A DNA stretch of 64,000 bases, from assembly GCA_963575745.1 (NCBI GenBank), contig CAUYUJ010000001.1, forward strand, positions 1,178,001-1,242,000, written 5' to 3'. A program made the position numbers and the translations under genes. The notes under the pieces are model-generated. The model had not been told where the DNA came from. It was given only the letters and a program-made list of their open reading frames with translations, and did not search any database. The DNA comes from Prorocentrum cordatum. Taxonomy: Eukaryota. Shown here piece by piece: positions 40,484 through 53,639 of the stretch (within the stretch, counting starts at the first letter, position 1; each line of letters starts with the position of its first letter).

Positions 40484-41115
40484 GGACACCAAGATATCAG
40501 GAAGGCCGCCCACGAGTTGCCGCCACAGGCCCTTCTCCCACGACGACCGTTCTAGCAAGCATTTCCAGCAGGAAGTCCCCCCCACGACGTATACGACGGT
40601 TGGATGAATACGCGGGAGGCGCTAGAATCGCGCGACGATGGGAAGTGGCATTCGACGGCCAAGGTGCGATTGGAAGACCAGCACCTCGATTACACATTGC
40701 CGGCGCTACTCAGGGCCGCAAACATGACGGACGCGCGCACGGTCACGCAAAAAGGTAGGCGCCAGTTAAAGCACGCGTGCGCCCCTGGCACTACATCAGC
40801 GCAACGTTCGGCCGCGCGTGACCAGGCATCCCGGCGCTCGTCTCGCTCCATTCGCGGGCCACCGCTACAGGCCAGCCAGAGAGACCACAGCACTACATAC
40901 ACGGCACCTACTTCGATTGCTTCGAGCCCATTTTCAAATGCAGACCTTCCTGCCGCATAGAGTCAGGCATGTGTCTCGACTCCGATACGACCCCGTTCAT
41001 ATCGATGAAGCGCCAATTGCAGCATGGAGTTGAGATCTGGAGGTCTGCCAACGACATCCTCCTCACTGATGGATTCGACGGGGCGATACCGCCTCGCTTC
41101 ATCATCCAGATTGCG
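40484..41115 (+). pseudogene. Degenerate Tpt1/KptA RNA 2'-phosphotransferase domain inside the Copia element
   Basis: Ordered motifs across frameshifts: DTKISGRPPTSCRH, YDGWMNTREAL, QKGRRQL, WHYISATFGRA, then one frame HYIHGTYFDCFEPIF...ESGMCLDSDTTPFISMKRQLQHGVEIWRSANDILLTDGFDGAIPPRF. Confidence 0.8.
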
Positions 41116-42395
41116 GCCATGAGCGACACGGGCGCCCAAAAAGGCTGGGCGCGGCAGAACGAGCTGCACTTCGGCCCCCGCGGCGACCCGGACAAGATGC
41201 CGGGGCCAGGTGCCCCGACCCGGAACCGTCGCCAGCCAAAGCACCCGCATGGCTTCGGATCCGGGGCGCACGCCATCATCATGATGGACGGCACGCACGA
41301 CGCGCCGATGACAGACGCAGGGTCATCTGCAGGAGACGCCCCTCTGGAGCATGGACCATTGGCATCCTGGACCATACCCTCAGCAGCCGAGGCGGCTGCC
41401 ATGCCAGCCAAGACGGTCACCGCCGTCACGGACGCCCTTACGCGCAACGACCCGTAGGCGGCAGCGGCTGGGCCCCAGTCGAACATGAAGGACGCCGTGA
41501 TGCCAGCACTACTGGGGCGACCTGCCTTGCTGCGACCACCGAGTCAGGCCAGCGCTGCACATGTCGAGACCCTTGCCACGTCGGACGGCGGATCTACACC
41601 AGCAACGCCCTACGCGACGCCGACGATGATCACGGGCATGAAGGCCGGCGATTTGCGCAAGCATATGATTGTCGTAAACCAACAGTTTGGTCTGGCCGCG
41701 ACGATTCGGGGGAACACGCCATTCGCCACGCCGCAACAGCCAAGCCAGGCCACTAGCAGCCCACCAGCGGACTCTCGGGCACCGCTTGACCACGGGCTAC
41801 GCAACTCCATCACGATGCAGTTGCGGCACCTCCAGCAGCAGCAGCAGCAGCAGCAGCAGAATGCCATCAACGAGATGAGCCAGCTGAGGCTGCCTGACGG
41901 ATGGAAACCACTAGGTGCCGCCTGGGAGTGGTTCCCTGAGATGCATTGCGACGGACAGCTACTATTGCCCGCCTTCGCTGCGCACCCAGACTTTCTGCGC
42001 CTGCATCACTCCCAATGGACTTCCCCATGCATCCACGGTTCGTCGTCGAGCGCGAAACAACCCCATGGTCGGCGAGTACACCAGCAATAGGCGCACCAGG
42101 GAATTAGCAGACGAGATGTTCCGCTGCTAGTCTGCGCGGGCCCAGGACCCGCACGACATCCCACACATGGCGCACCAGCTACCTCCGGCAGACCCCGGCA
42201 ACATCGCAGCACCAATTGGGGAGGTGCGCGGCATCTAATGCACTGGGGCCACCATTAGCGCACTTACAGAAGATGCACAACAGAACAGCAGCCGCCACCA
42301 CCAGTCGACCTGGCCGACGACGCGACCTTCAGCGCCAGCAGCGGACCAGGCCAGGTACGGAGGCCCCCATTGACAATGGAATCGCTTTAACGCAG

Positions 42396-42555
42396 TGCGC
42401 GGCATGCCTGGAGCCTTTCCGGACTAGGGGCGCGTTGCGAAGGCTGCAGTGCGGACGTCAATTTCACGCTGCCCGCTGGGGCCGAACTGCGCGCGCACAC
42501 GTCGGCACCAACAGGAATGGTGCACCCACGGGGGCGCCATGCGCGGTGAGCCGCG
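42396..42555 (+). pseudogene. Degenerate RING-H2-like zinc finger inside the Copia element
   Basis: CAACLEPF...LRRLQCGRQFHAARW...APCAVSR matches C-x2-C..C-x-H-x-FH-x2-C..CPxCR with several ligands lost. Confidence 0.65.
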
Positions 42556-45500
42556 GGGTGGGCACAGTCATCGTTCAACGCCCTCACGCGGGCCACCGCG
42601 ACGCCGAGGCCGCCGACAACACCATCATCGGCAGCGCGACCGAGATACTTGATCCGCGCGAGCAGGTCGCGGCGCTCATGGCGCTCCTCCAGGCCCCGTG
42701 CCAGGCACCTGGCAGCAGCGGGAACGAGGCCACCATGCCCCAGACGCGTCCAGCGGCACAGCCATGAACAGCCCCTCAGCCCAGGACAGCGATCCCGATT
42801 CCGTTCCTGCTAGCACCGACTCTGCACAACGAGGGGCCATCCACCCAGGACGCGGGGGCACCTGCTGCTATTACCTACGCAGGGCCACCTGCAATACCTC
42901 CGAATCCCTGCGCCAATCCGCCATTGGACAGAATTGAACAGGCACAGCGGGCGAGGATGGGTGGGGGGGGGGGGGGGGGCAGACCCCACAGGCGGCCACG
43001 CTCAGCGGCCAACAGAGCCGACAGCCCTGTCAGCGCACGCAGCGCACAGAGTACTGAGTCTGAACGCGCGATACACCAACGGGCCCTCATGATCTTCGGC
43101 TCGAGCTCGGCATCCAGATCAAATGCTGACGAGCTATCGACAGAGACCAGCGATCAGGTTACCGACCTACGGGTCGCCGAACACGACTCCATCACCAACG
43201 AGGAAAGGCAGGCCTGGCTTGCGAGCTGGAACGGCACTGCCACGGCTCAGGGCCCCGTCGCATGGAGGCTGGACCAGAGGCGCCGCAGGTGCTTACGGGG
43301 CGCAGACATTGTATGCATGAGGCCCCCCATGACTGCACAGGAGGTCTTCGCTGCTGGTAGATACCGCACCACGCTTGCCGACAAGCTGAGCATGCTCGTG
43401 GATATTGGGCCAAACGCTTTCTTTTTTCTTGGCCTCAACACGGCTCGCCGAGTCTACGATGACGCGGCTGCGCATGGACACGCGTCGAGGGTTTTGAAAC
43501 TCGACCGCCTGTTGCCCATCAACGGAGCGGGCCCTGGCGCGGCTGCGTCGCGCCGCGCCAGCGGCAAGTTCCACGTCGCGCGCAAGTACAACGAGGCCGA
43601 CGCCTCCATGACCCAGATGGATTATTTCATGGCAAACATCGCGGAGGAATCAGGCGAGAATGTGCCAGAGATCTTCGGGCCCACCTCGATGCAGGACACG
43701 CGCCGGACAAGGACAATATCATTCCCCAGCAGTTCGACCAACAAGATCCAGCTCGGCAAGGGGGCGAAGGTCATGCGCCTCGAGAAGACGCCTTCGGGAC
43801 ACTTGGCAACCCCTTGCAGCCAGTTTGCCGGATTCGCCCCACTTACCGTCGGATGGCGACTCGGCAGCTCGAGCCTTTACCATTACGTGCAACGGCCAGC
43901 TGCAGGCGATGCACGCGAAGCAGGACACCAGCGCGGACACGCGCATCGACGACTACTTGGAGGATCGATGGGACAACCAGATTCCCACAGCCATCGGCAA
44001 GGTTCTGGACCGCTGGAGCAGGTCCGCCCAGAGGCACGCCGAGTCCGAGGCGACGCTGAAGCGCTTGACGCGCGCTACGAGAAGGCCTGCGAGGCAGCTG
44101 CGGAGTAGAAGCCGGGCGAGATGGAGGACACCCTCCATCCACTACGTTCGCACGAGTGGGACTCACTGCGCCCAGGAGGCGGTCCACCACCGGGGCCACT
44201 GATGGAACCGGCGCGGTCACCTGCCGCGCCCCGCAGTGGCGACATCGTCGACGTCTCGCCGAACACGGCCAGCTATGGCGACAGCAACAACCGCCCAAGC
44301 GCGCTGCCATTACGCGGAGCAGTGACGCCAGCTCACCAGCCGGGGGGGAGTGGCCGAGGAATCGCCCGGTCACGGCGGCGGTCGAGAACATCGACTAACG
44401 GGGGCAGACCGGCGGCACGGCCGCGCCGGCAGTAATCGGCCGCCCGCGGGCCTACGGGACTCCTGACCGGCCGCGTGTCTCACCGCTGCCTGCCAACAGC
44501 GTTGCGAAAAAGCTCTGGTCGTAGAGGATATACGCACCGCAACCGCCGAACTCCGACAGAGAGGCGATGCATGCGACAGAGCAACACAAAATGAGATTAT
44601 CGCGTCTACCAGGGCCCACTACTTCAGTAGCCCACTGGCGGGGGATTATCGAATATTTTGGGTGGCCACGCCGCGCGACTGGCGCGCGCGCGCCTGGCAA
44701 GCGGGCAGGGCCACACCACGATCGCAACGCAATCTTACAACTAGAGCGCGCGCTCTGCGAATGCTGATTGCGATGATGGGCCCACCACGGTATTTCGGGA
44801 AGCTGGGCCCCATCCAGAACGCGATTCAGGACCTGAAGTTTCGCCAGATTTGGATGCGTCTGCGCCAGGTTGACTTCAAGCACGGCCGAACATCCAAATC
44901 ACCTCGTGGCTCAAACCTACACGTGGTACAACGCTATGATGCCCACTTCACTACGGCGGTGCATGCGCGCGCGCTCGACTGGCACGGGCACCAGCAAAGC
45001 CGCGCAGATACAGAAGGCAAGCGTTATACTCATAGCACCCCCTTCGAATAATTGGACAAATCCAACAACGCAGAGAACGACGGGAAGGAAACATATTTGA
45101 GCATGTTCATTCGTCCCGACCAGGGCGCTCGGAGATACGCCCAGACGCCGCTCAACGGGCCCGAGCGGGGCGAGGTTGCACGCAGGGCGACCCTTGGTTC
45201 GGACACCAAACCGACTGTCCAAGACTTGCAGGTCAAGGACCAACCGGCAGGCTACGATTGGACGACTCAAGTACCTTCTCGAGTCCGACAGATCAGTATT
45301 AGATTGTATGGGGAGCCCGCGGTCGCTGCCCTGCTCGGCCACGAGCGACCAACGGAGCGGCAACGCTCAAAACAACGAGTGACGTTCATCGCAGATGATC
45401 GATCTTTTCCTTCCCCCACTTTCGGGCATGGTTGCGAGCTCGACGGCGAGGGGCTACCCACTACGCCGTTTCCGACTCTTTAGGAGACCGCGTTATTTTC

Positions 45501-45659
45501 GGATATGCCTGGCTGAAACAGGAAAAACAGAAGTCTGACAAAGCGGCGGCCGGCATCAAACCATAAGATACCCATGAAAATAGCAGACGGCAACGACGAT
45601 CGCTTGCCGACTCTCATGCAGACGTTTCCACTCTCATACCTACTCTGTACCACGGACAT

Positions 45660-46230
45660 GCCAGCGCTGTCGACATGTTGGAACTTCGCGGCAATTTGGC
45701 GGAACCTCACCGCTAGCCGTCGAAAGGAATTGGAGATAATGTGGACAAGCGCGCCAACGCGGACCAGGGGAATCCGCGGGTCCAACCAGCAGCGATCCAC
45801 TACCTCAACACGCGCTGGGTTGCTGTATACAACCCAAGTGCAGATCAATTGGGCTACCATCATACTTCAAACCCCAAGTCAACTATGAGACGCGGAACGT
45901 CCACCGCCAAGAAGACCTGCCACAAATTACCTCCTGTGGCAAGCTAGCCGTCCAATAAGACGACATCCGACGCTTATTCCTTTAAGAACGTTTATCTGGC
46001 ATTTGGGCAGACGAGATCACACCGTGGTCGGAACTGGCCAAACACGAGGTCAATTGCCGACAAATTATAGACCAATGCACCACCGGTCCACGAGACTCCC
46101 ATTGCATCTTGATCCTGTAACCTACGGACATGATGGCTCACCACCGAGCAATACTACAACCACTCGAGAACAAGCGGTGCCAAAGCCATCATGAACACGC
46201 TCAGGCGTGGAACAAGGAGCTTGCCATGGC
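45660..46230 (+). pseudogene. Possible decayed C5 cytosine-methyltransferase-like domain between protease and integrase
   Basis: AVDMLELRGNLA; GDNVDKRANADQGNPRVQPAAIHYL; IDQCTTGPRD..*PTDMMA..LENKRCQSHHEHAQAWNKELA. These resemble by eye the DNMT-like blocks of dinoflagellate retroelements. Confidence 0.4.
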
Positions 46231-48656
46231 AGTTCAACACACGCCTAAGATGCAGTCGCCGATCGTGGATGCGGTCAAGATTGCCAAGGAACTATACGCC
46301 CGCGGCTGCAACATTTTCGCCGACAGCGTTGCGACCACCCCTGTGGTCAACAGCGCGGGACGCGACCTGGATGACGCAAGCGTCCCGCGTCAATCCAACG
46401 GCGTCATCGCACGACCACCAGGCGGGAGTCTGAGATGTCCTGCTTGCACGGAAAGCGCACGGATGAGTTCACCTCGACACAGTCGCAATCCCAGGATTTG
46501 CACATGGAGTGATAAAGAACCACCTTACTGGGAACGTCCTACGTGTAAGACAGACTAGGGCAGCAACAAGGCTGGACACTTACTGCCCCCAGGCACATGC
46601 AAATTTGACAAACCCGAGCAACTATTCGACAACCTCGGAGAGCCACCAGCGGCGCCAGCTGCAGCAGGAGCCGTCATGGCCAGCGGTTATCATGGAGATC
46701 GCAGCGGCACATCGAGCGTCGCCGGCAGTTCGACTGCCCGCAGACAGGTTGAAGGAAGGCGTGGACGCGCGTAGGGCGGCGAGGATCCACCACCGCCGCC
46801 CCAGGCGCAAGCCGACGCACGGCCACTCGCGAGACTACCGGACTGGTCACGGTTCGGCGTTCAAATTAATATCCAGAGTTTGTGCAGTTTTGACCCAGCT
46901 GTAGTCACGAAAGAATTGCGCCGGCGTCATATCCGACGGTATCGCGCCACGGAACCGAAGATGATAGAAATGATTTCAAAGGTGGATCTTGACAGTGCGC
47001 GCCTTGACATGGCGAAGGTAGTCTGCGGTTCATACCGCGGAGGCAGGTCTGCGAAAAAAATGGTAACAAAGTTACGCCATCAGTCAGCATCATCATTGAT
47101 CGCTGCACTCGAAGGCAGCTGGACAGCAGTGAACAAGACAACGCACAGCATTCTGGACGCCTACCATCAGCCTTGGATGCAACGCGGACCTGCCAGGGTC
47201 CTGCATTCTGATGGTGAGGGGCCTTGAACAACGACACAGCCAAGGCCGTCCTTAAGCCAAGGACACTGAGCTTCGCGTGCGAGCGCGCGGCCAGCACGCT
47301 ACCACCATCGAGACGGCATTACTCGACACGCCTCACGCCATGGAAGAAGAATTCAAGAGGGATAACAAACTCTATCGTCTGCACGAATACTGCGCGAAGC
47401 CATGTCTGTGAGCAGTGCGCTCACCTCTACGATGGTGTTTCACCTTACTAAGCTCTTTACGGGCGACAGCCTGCACGCGTCCGGGACCTTCCAACTATTG
47501 ACCACGAACATGGTCAAGAAACCTCAGATCATAACCGCGAACAGCGGATCAGAAAGATTAGCATTGAGGCTCTCACGCAGACCATTGCAGTAGGTAAAAT
47601 CAACCGTGCCTCAGTCACGAAGATTACACCACCTGACCATCTACAAGCCAGTGGATCTCGTTGGCTACCACCGACCTACCACAACAAAAGACGACTGGAG
47701 TAGCTGGAACGGCCCATGCCGAGCCGCGAGGAATGATCCCGAACGCGGCAAAGTTCCGGCGCGGGTCGGGGGGAGAGAAGTCTTGGTTCAGCACCCAGAC
47801 GCACAGCGCACACTGCACGCGGAATCATGCATCGCCCGCGAGATCGGCTCCGATAGCACGGCCACGCGTACAGTGCTGGCCTGTATCGCAGCATTACCTT
47901 TGGGGAAACCTGCTATGATTTCTGGCGACTTGCAAGCGAAGCAGGCAGCCCTGCGACAGACGACCGCGAGCAAGCGATCGCCCAAGGTCCATTTGGCCTT
48001 ACCATATCACATCAGGGATTATTTCTGGATCGAAGACGTAGTCGCAGTGAGAATGGCCAAAAGCGTTCAACGATTCCCTGCAGCGGTTTACATTAGCAGT
48101 TGTACGCTGGCTTACTACGACAGCGACATTATCCCAGGATTCCGCTGCTACGCATGAATGAAATCGCACAGCCTTGAACATATGGTATTATTGTCATGTC
48201 ACACGCATGGGGTGCTCTGGCGCCTTAAATCCTCGAAACCGTCGGCGGGCTTCGATGATGATTCATCAAAGTTCGAAGTGCTGGCGGAAACGCCGCCACC
48301 ACCGAGCGGCCAGCCCAGGAGAAAGCCCAACTGGCTCCCCCCGAGCCCAACGACAACCGCCTATCCACCATCTACGGGCGTCCGACGGCGACCTCGAGGC
48401 ACACAGCATGGAGACATGGCACACAGGATGAGTGGTAGAAAAGGAACTCCTGGAGGCCACTCCCTCTGAGGAGTTATACACAGCACCAACCCAGATGATC
48501 ACCGAAAACTGCGCGCTGCTGACTGCGGCCAGTGAAGAGCAGGGCAGGGACACTTGCCCACGCGGGGCAACCAGCAGTACGACACCGAGGAAGCATACCA
48601 TGCCCCCTTGTGCTCAATGAACCATGACGTCACAAATGAATTAGATTCCGACGAGC

Positions 48657-50241
48657 ATGGACAATATGTTGAAATCTCTGTCAAACATGATGATTTCGAG
48701 ATATGTGTACATATGGAAATTCGTCAATAACGAGAACGGAGACATGCAACGCACCATTCGACTCCGCCTTGCGTTGCGGGGACCCATGAACCCCGAGGCT
48801 TTTGATGTGAAGACCTTTTTCAGGCAGTGCCAGGCGATTGAGCCAGAGGCTACTCGCCAGCACGGCCGCGCACAAGATACAGCGGACCATTGCATCCATG
48901 GACATCGACAACGTTTTTTTTCTGAAAGGGGCTCACATACCGCGAGCTGGACGAGGCAACTGGATAGTACGTGTTTACCTTGAAACCAGGTTCAGCCACC
49001 GTCCCGAGGCCACTCCCAGGCTTCGCGTCCAGAGACGAACCGAAGCATTGCCTGCAGTACCTTGAACGAGGCGCGGGGACCAAAGACGCCCCGCGGGCGT
49101 TCTCGCTGAAGCTTCGCACGACCACTCGAGGAGTCGGACTACGACACACATCATACGATAACGAGTTCGAGACTAGCCAGACCCTTTTGACGGCAAAATC
49201 AAACGATGGCATCAACATGGCCAGTACTGGAGACATGATCTGCAAGAATGTCAAATTCATCGAGAACACTTTCGGCGCATGCAAGCTTACCACGCACACA
49301 TACACAAACTTCGCCGCGAGGCACCTCAAACTTGAAGATGGCGGCACCACCCTCGACCGGGGCGAATGCGTCAAACACCTCCACCCCATACAGCATCCGG
49401 AATTCCGAGGCGCTGAAATTGCAGACGCGGCGACAAACGTTACGGCTGACATGTTCATCAGCTTTCGAAATTTTTTGGCCCACGCCTTAATCACCCAAGA
49501 ATTGTCGATGGCGCACGTAGGATCTCTACAACAAGTCCAAGAACCGACCAACATACAGGCACGACGACTAAATGCTATAACCAGGAAGCTACAAGCAGGC
49601 CCAAAGAAAATTAGAGACCAGCCTATGATTCCGCCAGGAGAATTGGCCCTGCACAGCGACTCCGGTTACCAGTGTTTCAACGGCAACGCCGCCGACGAAG
49701 AGAAGAGGCACGGCGTCAGATATACCAAGCTACTTTGGCGTGGACACACGCAAGGTGGAAAGCCTGTCGCACACCTGGTAGACACACATTGCACCCCATC
49801 GGCTACACGCACGCTCTAGCTATTCAGCAGAAACGCTAGCAGCAGGCCACAACTTGGAAGATTCCGACTATCAGGAGACTCCACGAATTCCAGGTAGGAC
49901 CATTCATCCCAACACAGCTCAAAAACAGATTGGAAATGGGTGGCCGGTGCACCAGAGTCACGCTGACCATCGATGTTGAGTCCGTCTTCATACCCCTATC
50001 TCACAAGGACTTCAAGAATTCGACAGAATGTACACTGCTAGCTCACATAAGCAGGATTAGACATGTGATGGACAGGGGTATCGCACATAGTGTACAAGTG
50101 TGTGACACACGTGATATGACAGCCGACGGACAGACCAAAGGTAGTATCGATCGTGAGTTGCTCCTACAAGTGATGCCAGGTATTCAGCACTTCGAACATG
50201 ACCTGAAGAAACATGCGCCGTACTGGGCGAATCAGGCTTGA
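48657..50241 (+). pseudogene. Copia reverse transcriptase-RNase H, frameshifted
   Basis: ORF pieces 48657-48983, 48838-49065, 48971-49819 and 49930-50241 carry the RT and RNase H motifs. The catalytic HVDD is degraded. Confidence 0.85.
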
Positions 50242-50512
50242 ACTACTGAGCCTGGCTCTAATAGAGCTGGCCGTGGAGGCACCTTTTCGGAAAGCATGGC
50301 CACATGCAGTCCTCGCCTGGTCATGGGCCCGTCCCAGTTTCTAGGATTAGTTTGGGCGTTTGGATCTCTGGACGCCTGACCTTTCCGAGGCCACTCGCTT
50401 CCATACTTTGTTTCGCTTTGGGTGGACTCACCCCCGAGTGCACAGTTGCACGACTAGCCTGCTTGTGGGGTTGTCCGCCGCGCGGCCATTGCTAGCACGG
50501 TTTCGATGAAGT

Positions 50513-50824
50513 TGATGTTGCGAGCGGATATGCCAGTCGTCTGTTCCCCACCCCCGCTTCAGACGGAGGTTTAAGACGAGCAAAGCGAGCTATCCGCTGC
50601 CGTTGCGGTTCACAGCGGAGCGCAGCAGCATTTGTTTAACCAGCATTGCGTTCACTATTCGCTCGCGACAAACGGAAAGCATCTCTTCTAGCTTGCACCC
50701 GCTTACGACTTCCACCACATGTCCCATCTCCCATCTACACGTACGTACTCCAGTGTGGTTGGGCCATGGGAACATCTGAGGCCCAGTATATGCCTCGGCT
50801 TACCATACCATATTGCTTTCGACT
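50513..50824 (+). repeat. 3' LTR of the Copia element (left boundary approximate)
   Basis: Direct repeat of 35730-35934, with an extra internal segment (~50645-50770). Confidence 0.8.
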
Positions 50825-52640
50825 CCCCCCTGGCTCCCAGATCACATCCTTCACAGGTTGGTCTCCAGGCCACCTGCGGGAGGCGCCCCTGATCCTTCTG
50901 TGGGGCAGGGCCGCGCCGGAGGCGAGAGCGCATCTCACCGCCCTGCGCCCCACCAGATCTTCGACCTCCTCGCCCACGAGTTGCACGCTGGCACGTCTCG
51001 CCCTGGCGGTGTTTGCCTGCGCCGCGTTTGCCGCACCATGCTTACACTGCCCCGCCTGCGGGCTAGCGGCCGAAGGGCCCACCGACGGGCAGAGACTTGC
51101 CTGCGCCGCCCCTGCCCTTCATCCCGTGATGCCCCGATGCCGCGGTGTTGTCGGGGGTTGCTAAAGGTGCCCCTGGCCCGAGGCGCCCCCAGCTTTTCCT
51201 TTTATTTTGGAGCACCCGGGGCTTTCTGAGCCTCGTGACGGGTGCTTTGGGGGCCGCGGGGGCATCCTTCTGGAAATCCTAAGCGCATTTGGGGCCAGGG
51301 ACACTCGTAGCAACACCCGACCCTTGCTTGTCACCCCGTGCTGCTCCGATGCCGTGTTGCTGCTGTTGAGAGGAGGACAAAAACGTGAGGGCCCGGCGCC
51401 GTGGCCGCCCGCCCAACGGCGCGTTCCGTGCCCTGGGGAGAGTTTCGCCCATCTGCGCTGCTACCTGGTTGTCTGCAGATCCTGACCTTCGGCACGGTCC
51501 CAGCCTCTCTCTTTTCCTTCTCCCCCCTCATCCTCCCTTCTCCTTTTCCCGCCAGTGATTTGTTAGTTGTGGGCTGTCGCTGTAAATAAAGCCACTGGTC
51601 AGGTCCGCCGCGTATCACCACGGAGTGCACGGGTTGATCGAGAGATGTTGGGGTCGCCCGCTTTCGTTTACTGCCTTGTTTTTCCAGACAGATAGATATT
51701 CACCTCCTGCAGCAGATCTCCGATGACTTGATGTTGTTCAGTCCCGGCCGGTGTTCCTCGCTTTCTCCGCCCCCCCCTTCTCTTTTGCGGCCGCCCTCCT
51801 TTTTTTCCCAATTGTCTTGGTGTGTCCAGAGTCGGGTGCGGCACGTCGGCTATTCGAACGCGTTGGCGTCCGCCCCCGCTGCGGACAGAAACGAGGAATT
51901 GTCTTCGATTTCGGCATCTGGGGCCCGTTATTGGGCCCCGGGGCCATACAGAATATACCTGGTGACCAGGTCTCTGGGCCCAGGCGGCCCGCTTTTCCAA
52001 AATCCCCTCCCGTCGTCGCAACGTATGTGCAATCAGTGAGTATGTCCGCGCACATGTAGGGTTGTATCGTCGTCGAAGGCGGGTGCTTGCTAGAACCTAG
52101 GCGTGCGCGAAGCGCGCGACTGGTTCTAGTCCAAATGGATCCAGGCTTTTATCAAAGACGGGCCCAGGGCGGAAAAAACAACCCTGGGAAAGCGGTCCTA
52201 ACTTCTGGGACCAACACCTTACAAGCCGAAACGTATTTGAGAATAGGAGGAGGAGGAATAGGAGGAGGAGGAGGAGGAGGAGGAGGAGGAGGAGGAGGAG
52301 GAGGGGGAGGGGGAGGGGGAGGGGGACGAGGATAATGATGAGGATCGGACGGGCAATAACACGACGATGAAGAAGGAGGCGGAGGAGGGGGAGGGAGGAT
52401 GAGGGAGGCGGAGGAGGAGGAGTAGGAAGAGGAGGAAGAGGAGGAGCAGGATAACATGAGTGTGGGGTTGCGGATTGAAAGAATCAGATCGGCGAATGCC
52501 ACAGCCCATGCCCTCGGCTGAGGACTGCAGCGGCCGCTGCCGCGCCCCCCCGCCGCTGCTCGACTGGGACGGCGCTCTCATGGCCTCGTAACTCGCAGCC
52601 TGGGGAATGGCGCGTCTGCGCATACCTCTTCTCCTGGGCA

Positions 52641-52854
52641 CTTCTCGGCGGCGCGCCTGGGGGGGAAGCGAGAAGAGGCGGGCCCACTCAGAAGGCTCGG
52701 AAGGTATCCAGCCTTCTGAGAAGTGGTTTGAACCTTCCCCGAAGACACAGGAACAGATACCAGAAGGCCGGAGGGCTTCTGAGAAGCCCCTCCGCCTTCC
52801 TTCTGAGAAGGCCTGCTCCTTCTCACATCCCCCCCTCGCTTGCCGCCGAACTTC
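52641..52854. mobile_element. MITE copy related to the channel intron 25400-25620
   Basis: Inverted ends CGGCGGCGCGCC..GGGGGG..GAGAAG / CTTCTCAC..CCCCCCTCGC..GCCGCCG; internal CTTCTGAGAAG motifs. Confidence 0.65.
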
Positions 52855-52919
52855 ACGACACCTGTGCTCGTGACCGACGATCGGAGAAGCCTGGGGAGAG
52901 AGGGCGCGGCCAGGGGGCG

Positions 52920-53008
52920 GCTACCCAGCGCTCTTGTCCGCCGCCTACGCGCAGTTCAACCCGTCGAAGATGGCGGACGTCCCAGCGCTCCTGGAGAAGA
53001 ACAGAGGC
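52920..53008 (+). CDS. Probable isolated exon encoding an NPxK-type small helical repeat
   Basis: AYAQFNPSKMADVPALLEKNRG, followed by a candidate GC donor (AGAG|GCACG). Flanked by MITE copies. Confidence 0.4.
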
Positions 53009-53639
53009 ACGTCGGAGCCAGCTGGGGGTCTGAGGTGGCCCAGCATTTGTCTTGGCTATCGGGAGGGGGGTGGGGTAAGATTCGAGGTCCTTGGTTCGAG
53101 AAGGTTTTTGCCTTCTTCCTCCGTGGGCCGTTTCTTGGCCCCAGGACCGTCAAAAATGGATCCGGTCAAACTTGAGCGAATTTGCCGTGATCTCCCTTTC
53201 CTGACCGATTTTCGATAGTTCCATCCAGTTGACACCCCCTGGCCGCTTCCAAGGGGCACTCGCACCCTCGGGAGCGCCTGAGAGGGAGGCAGCTGCGCCT
53301 CGACGAGAGTTTTCTGGGGGTGCTTGGGTCGTCCCGCGGTCGCCAGAGGCCCGATGGGTGACCCGAAAACTACGAGGCGTCCAAGAGGAGGAGGAGGATG
53401 AGGAGGAGGAGGAGGAGGAGGAGGAGGAGGAGGAGGAGGAGGAGGAGGGGGAGGGGGAAGAAGAGAGGAGGAGGAGGAGGACGAGGACGAGGACGAGGAG
53501 GAGTTTTCCCCCTTCTTCTCCTCCCCCCCCCTCCTTTCTCTGCGACTCGCAGGCTGGGCGCAGATAGCTCGGAACCGATCGACCGAAAGGGGGCGTGGAA
53601 TCATGGCAAGGGGCGTAGAATCTCCCAAATTTCACGGCC

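Larger units (their letters stand above)
35730..50824 (+). mobile_element. Degenerate Ty1/Copia LTR retrotransposon (~15 kb) with accessory domains
   Basis: Diverged LTR pair and a PBS. Decayed domains in Copia order: Gag (PSWDTAGKIPFREFL ~36380; knuckle relic NPVRRHGNCIKRSARDSTNRFQAQCP ~37600), protease (MLVDIG ~43392; LEKTPSGHLATPC), integrase (LRRRHIRRYRA ~46915; WMQRGPARVLHSDGEG ~47175), RT (SRYVYIWK..IRLRLALRG; MDIDNVFFLKG; GTKDAPRAF), RNase H (LHSDSGY; DTRDMTADGQTKG). Confidence 0.88.
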
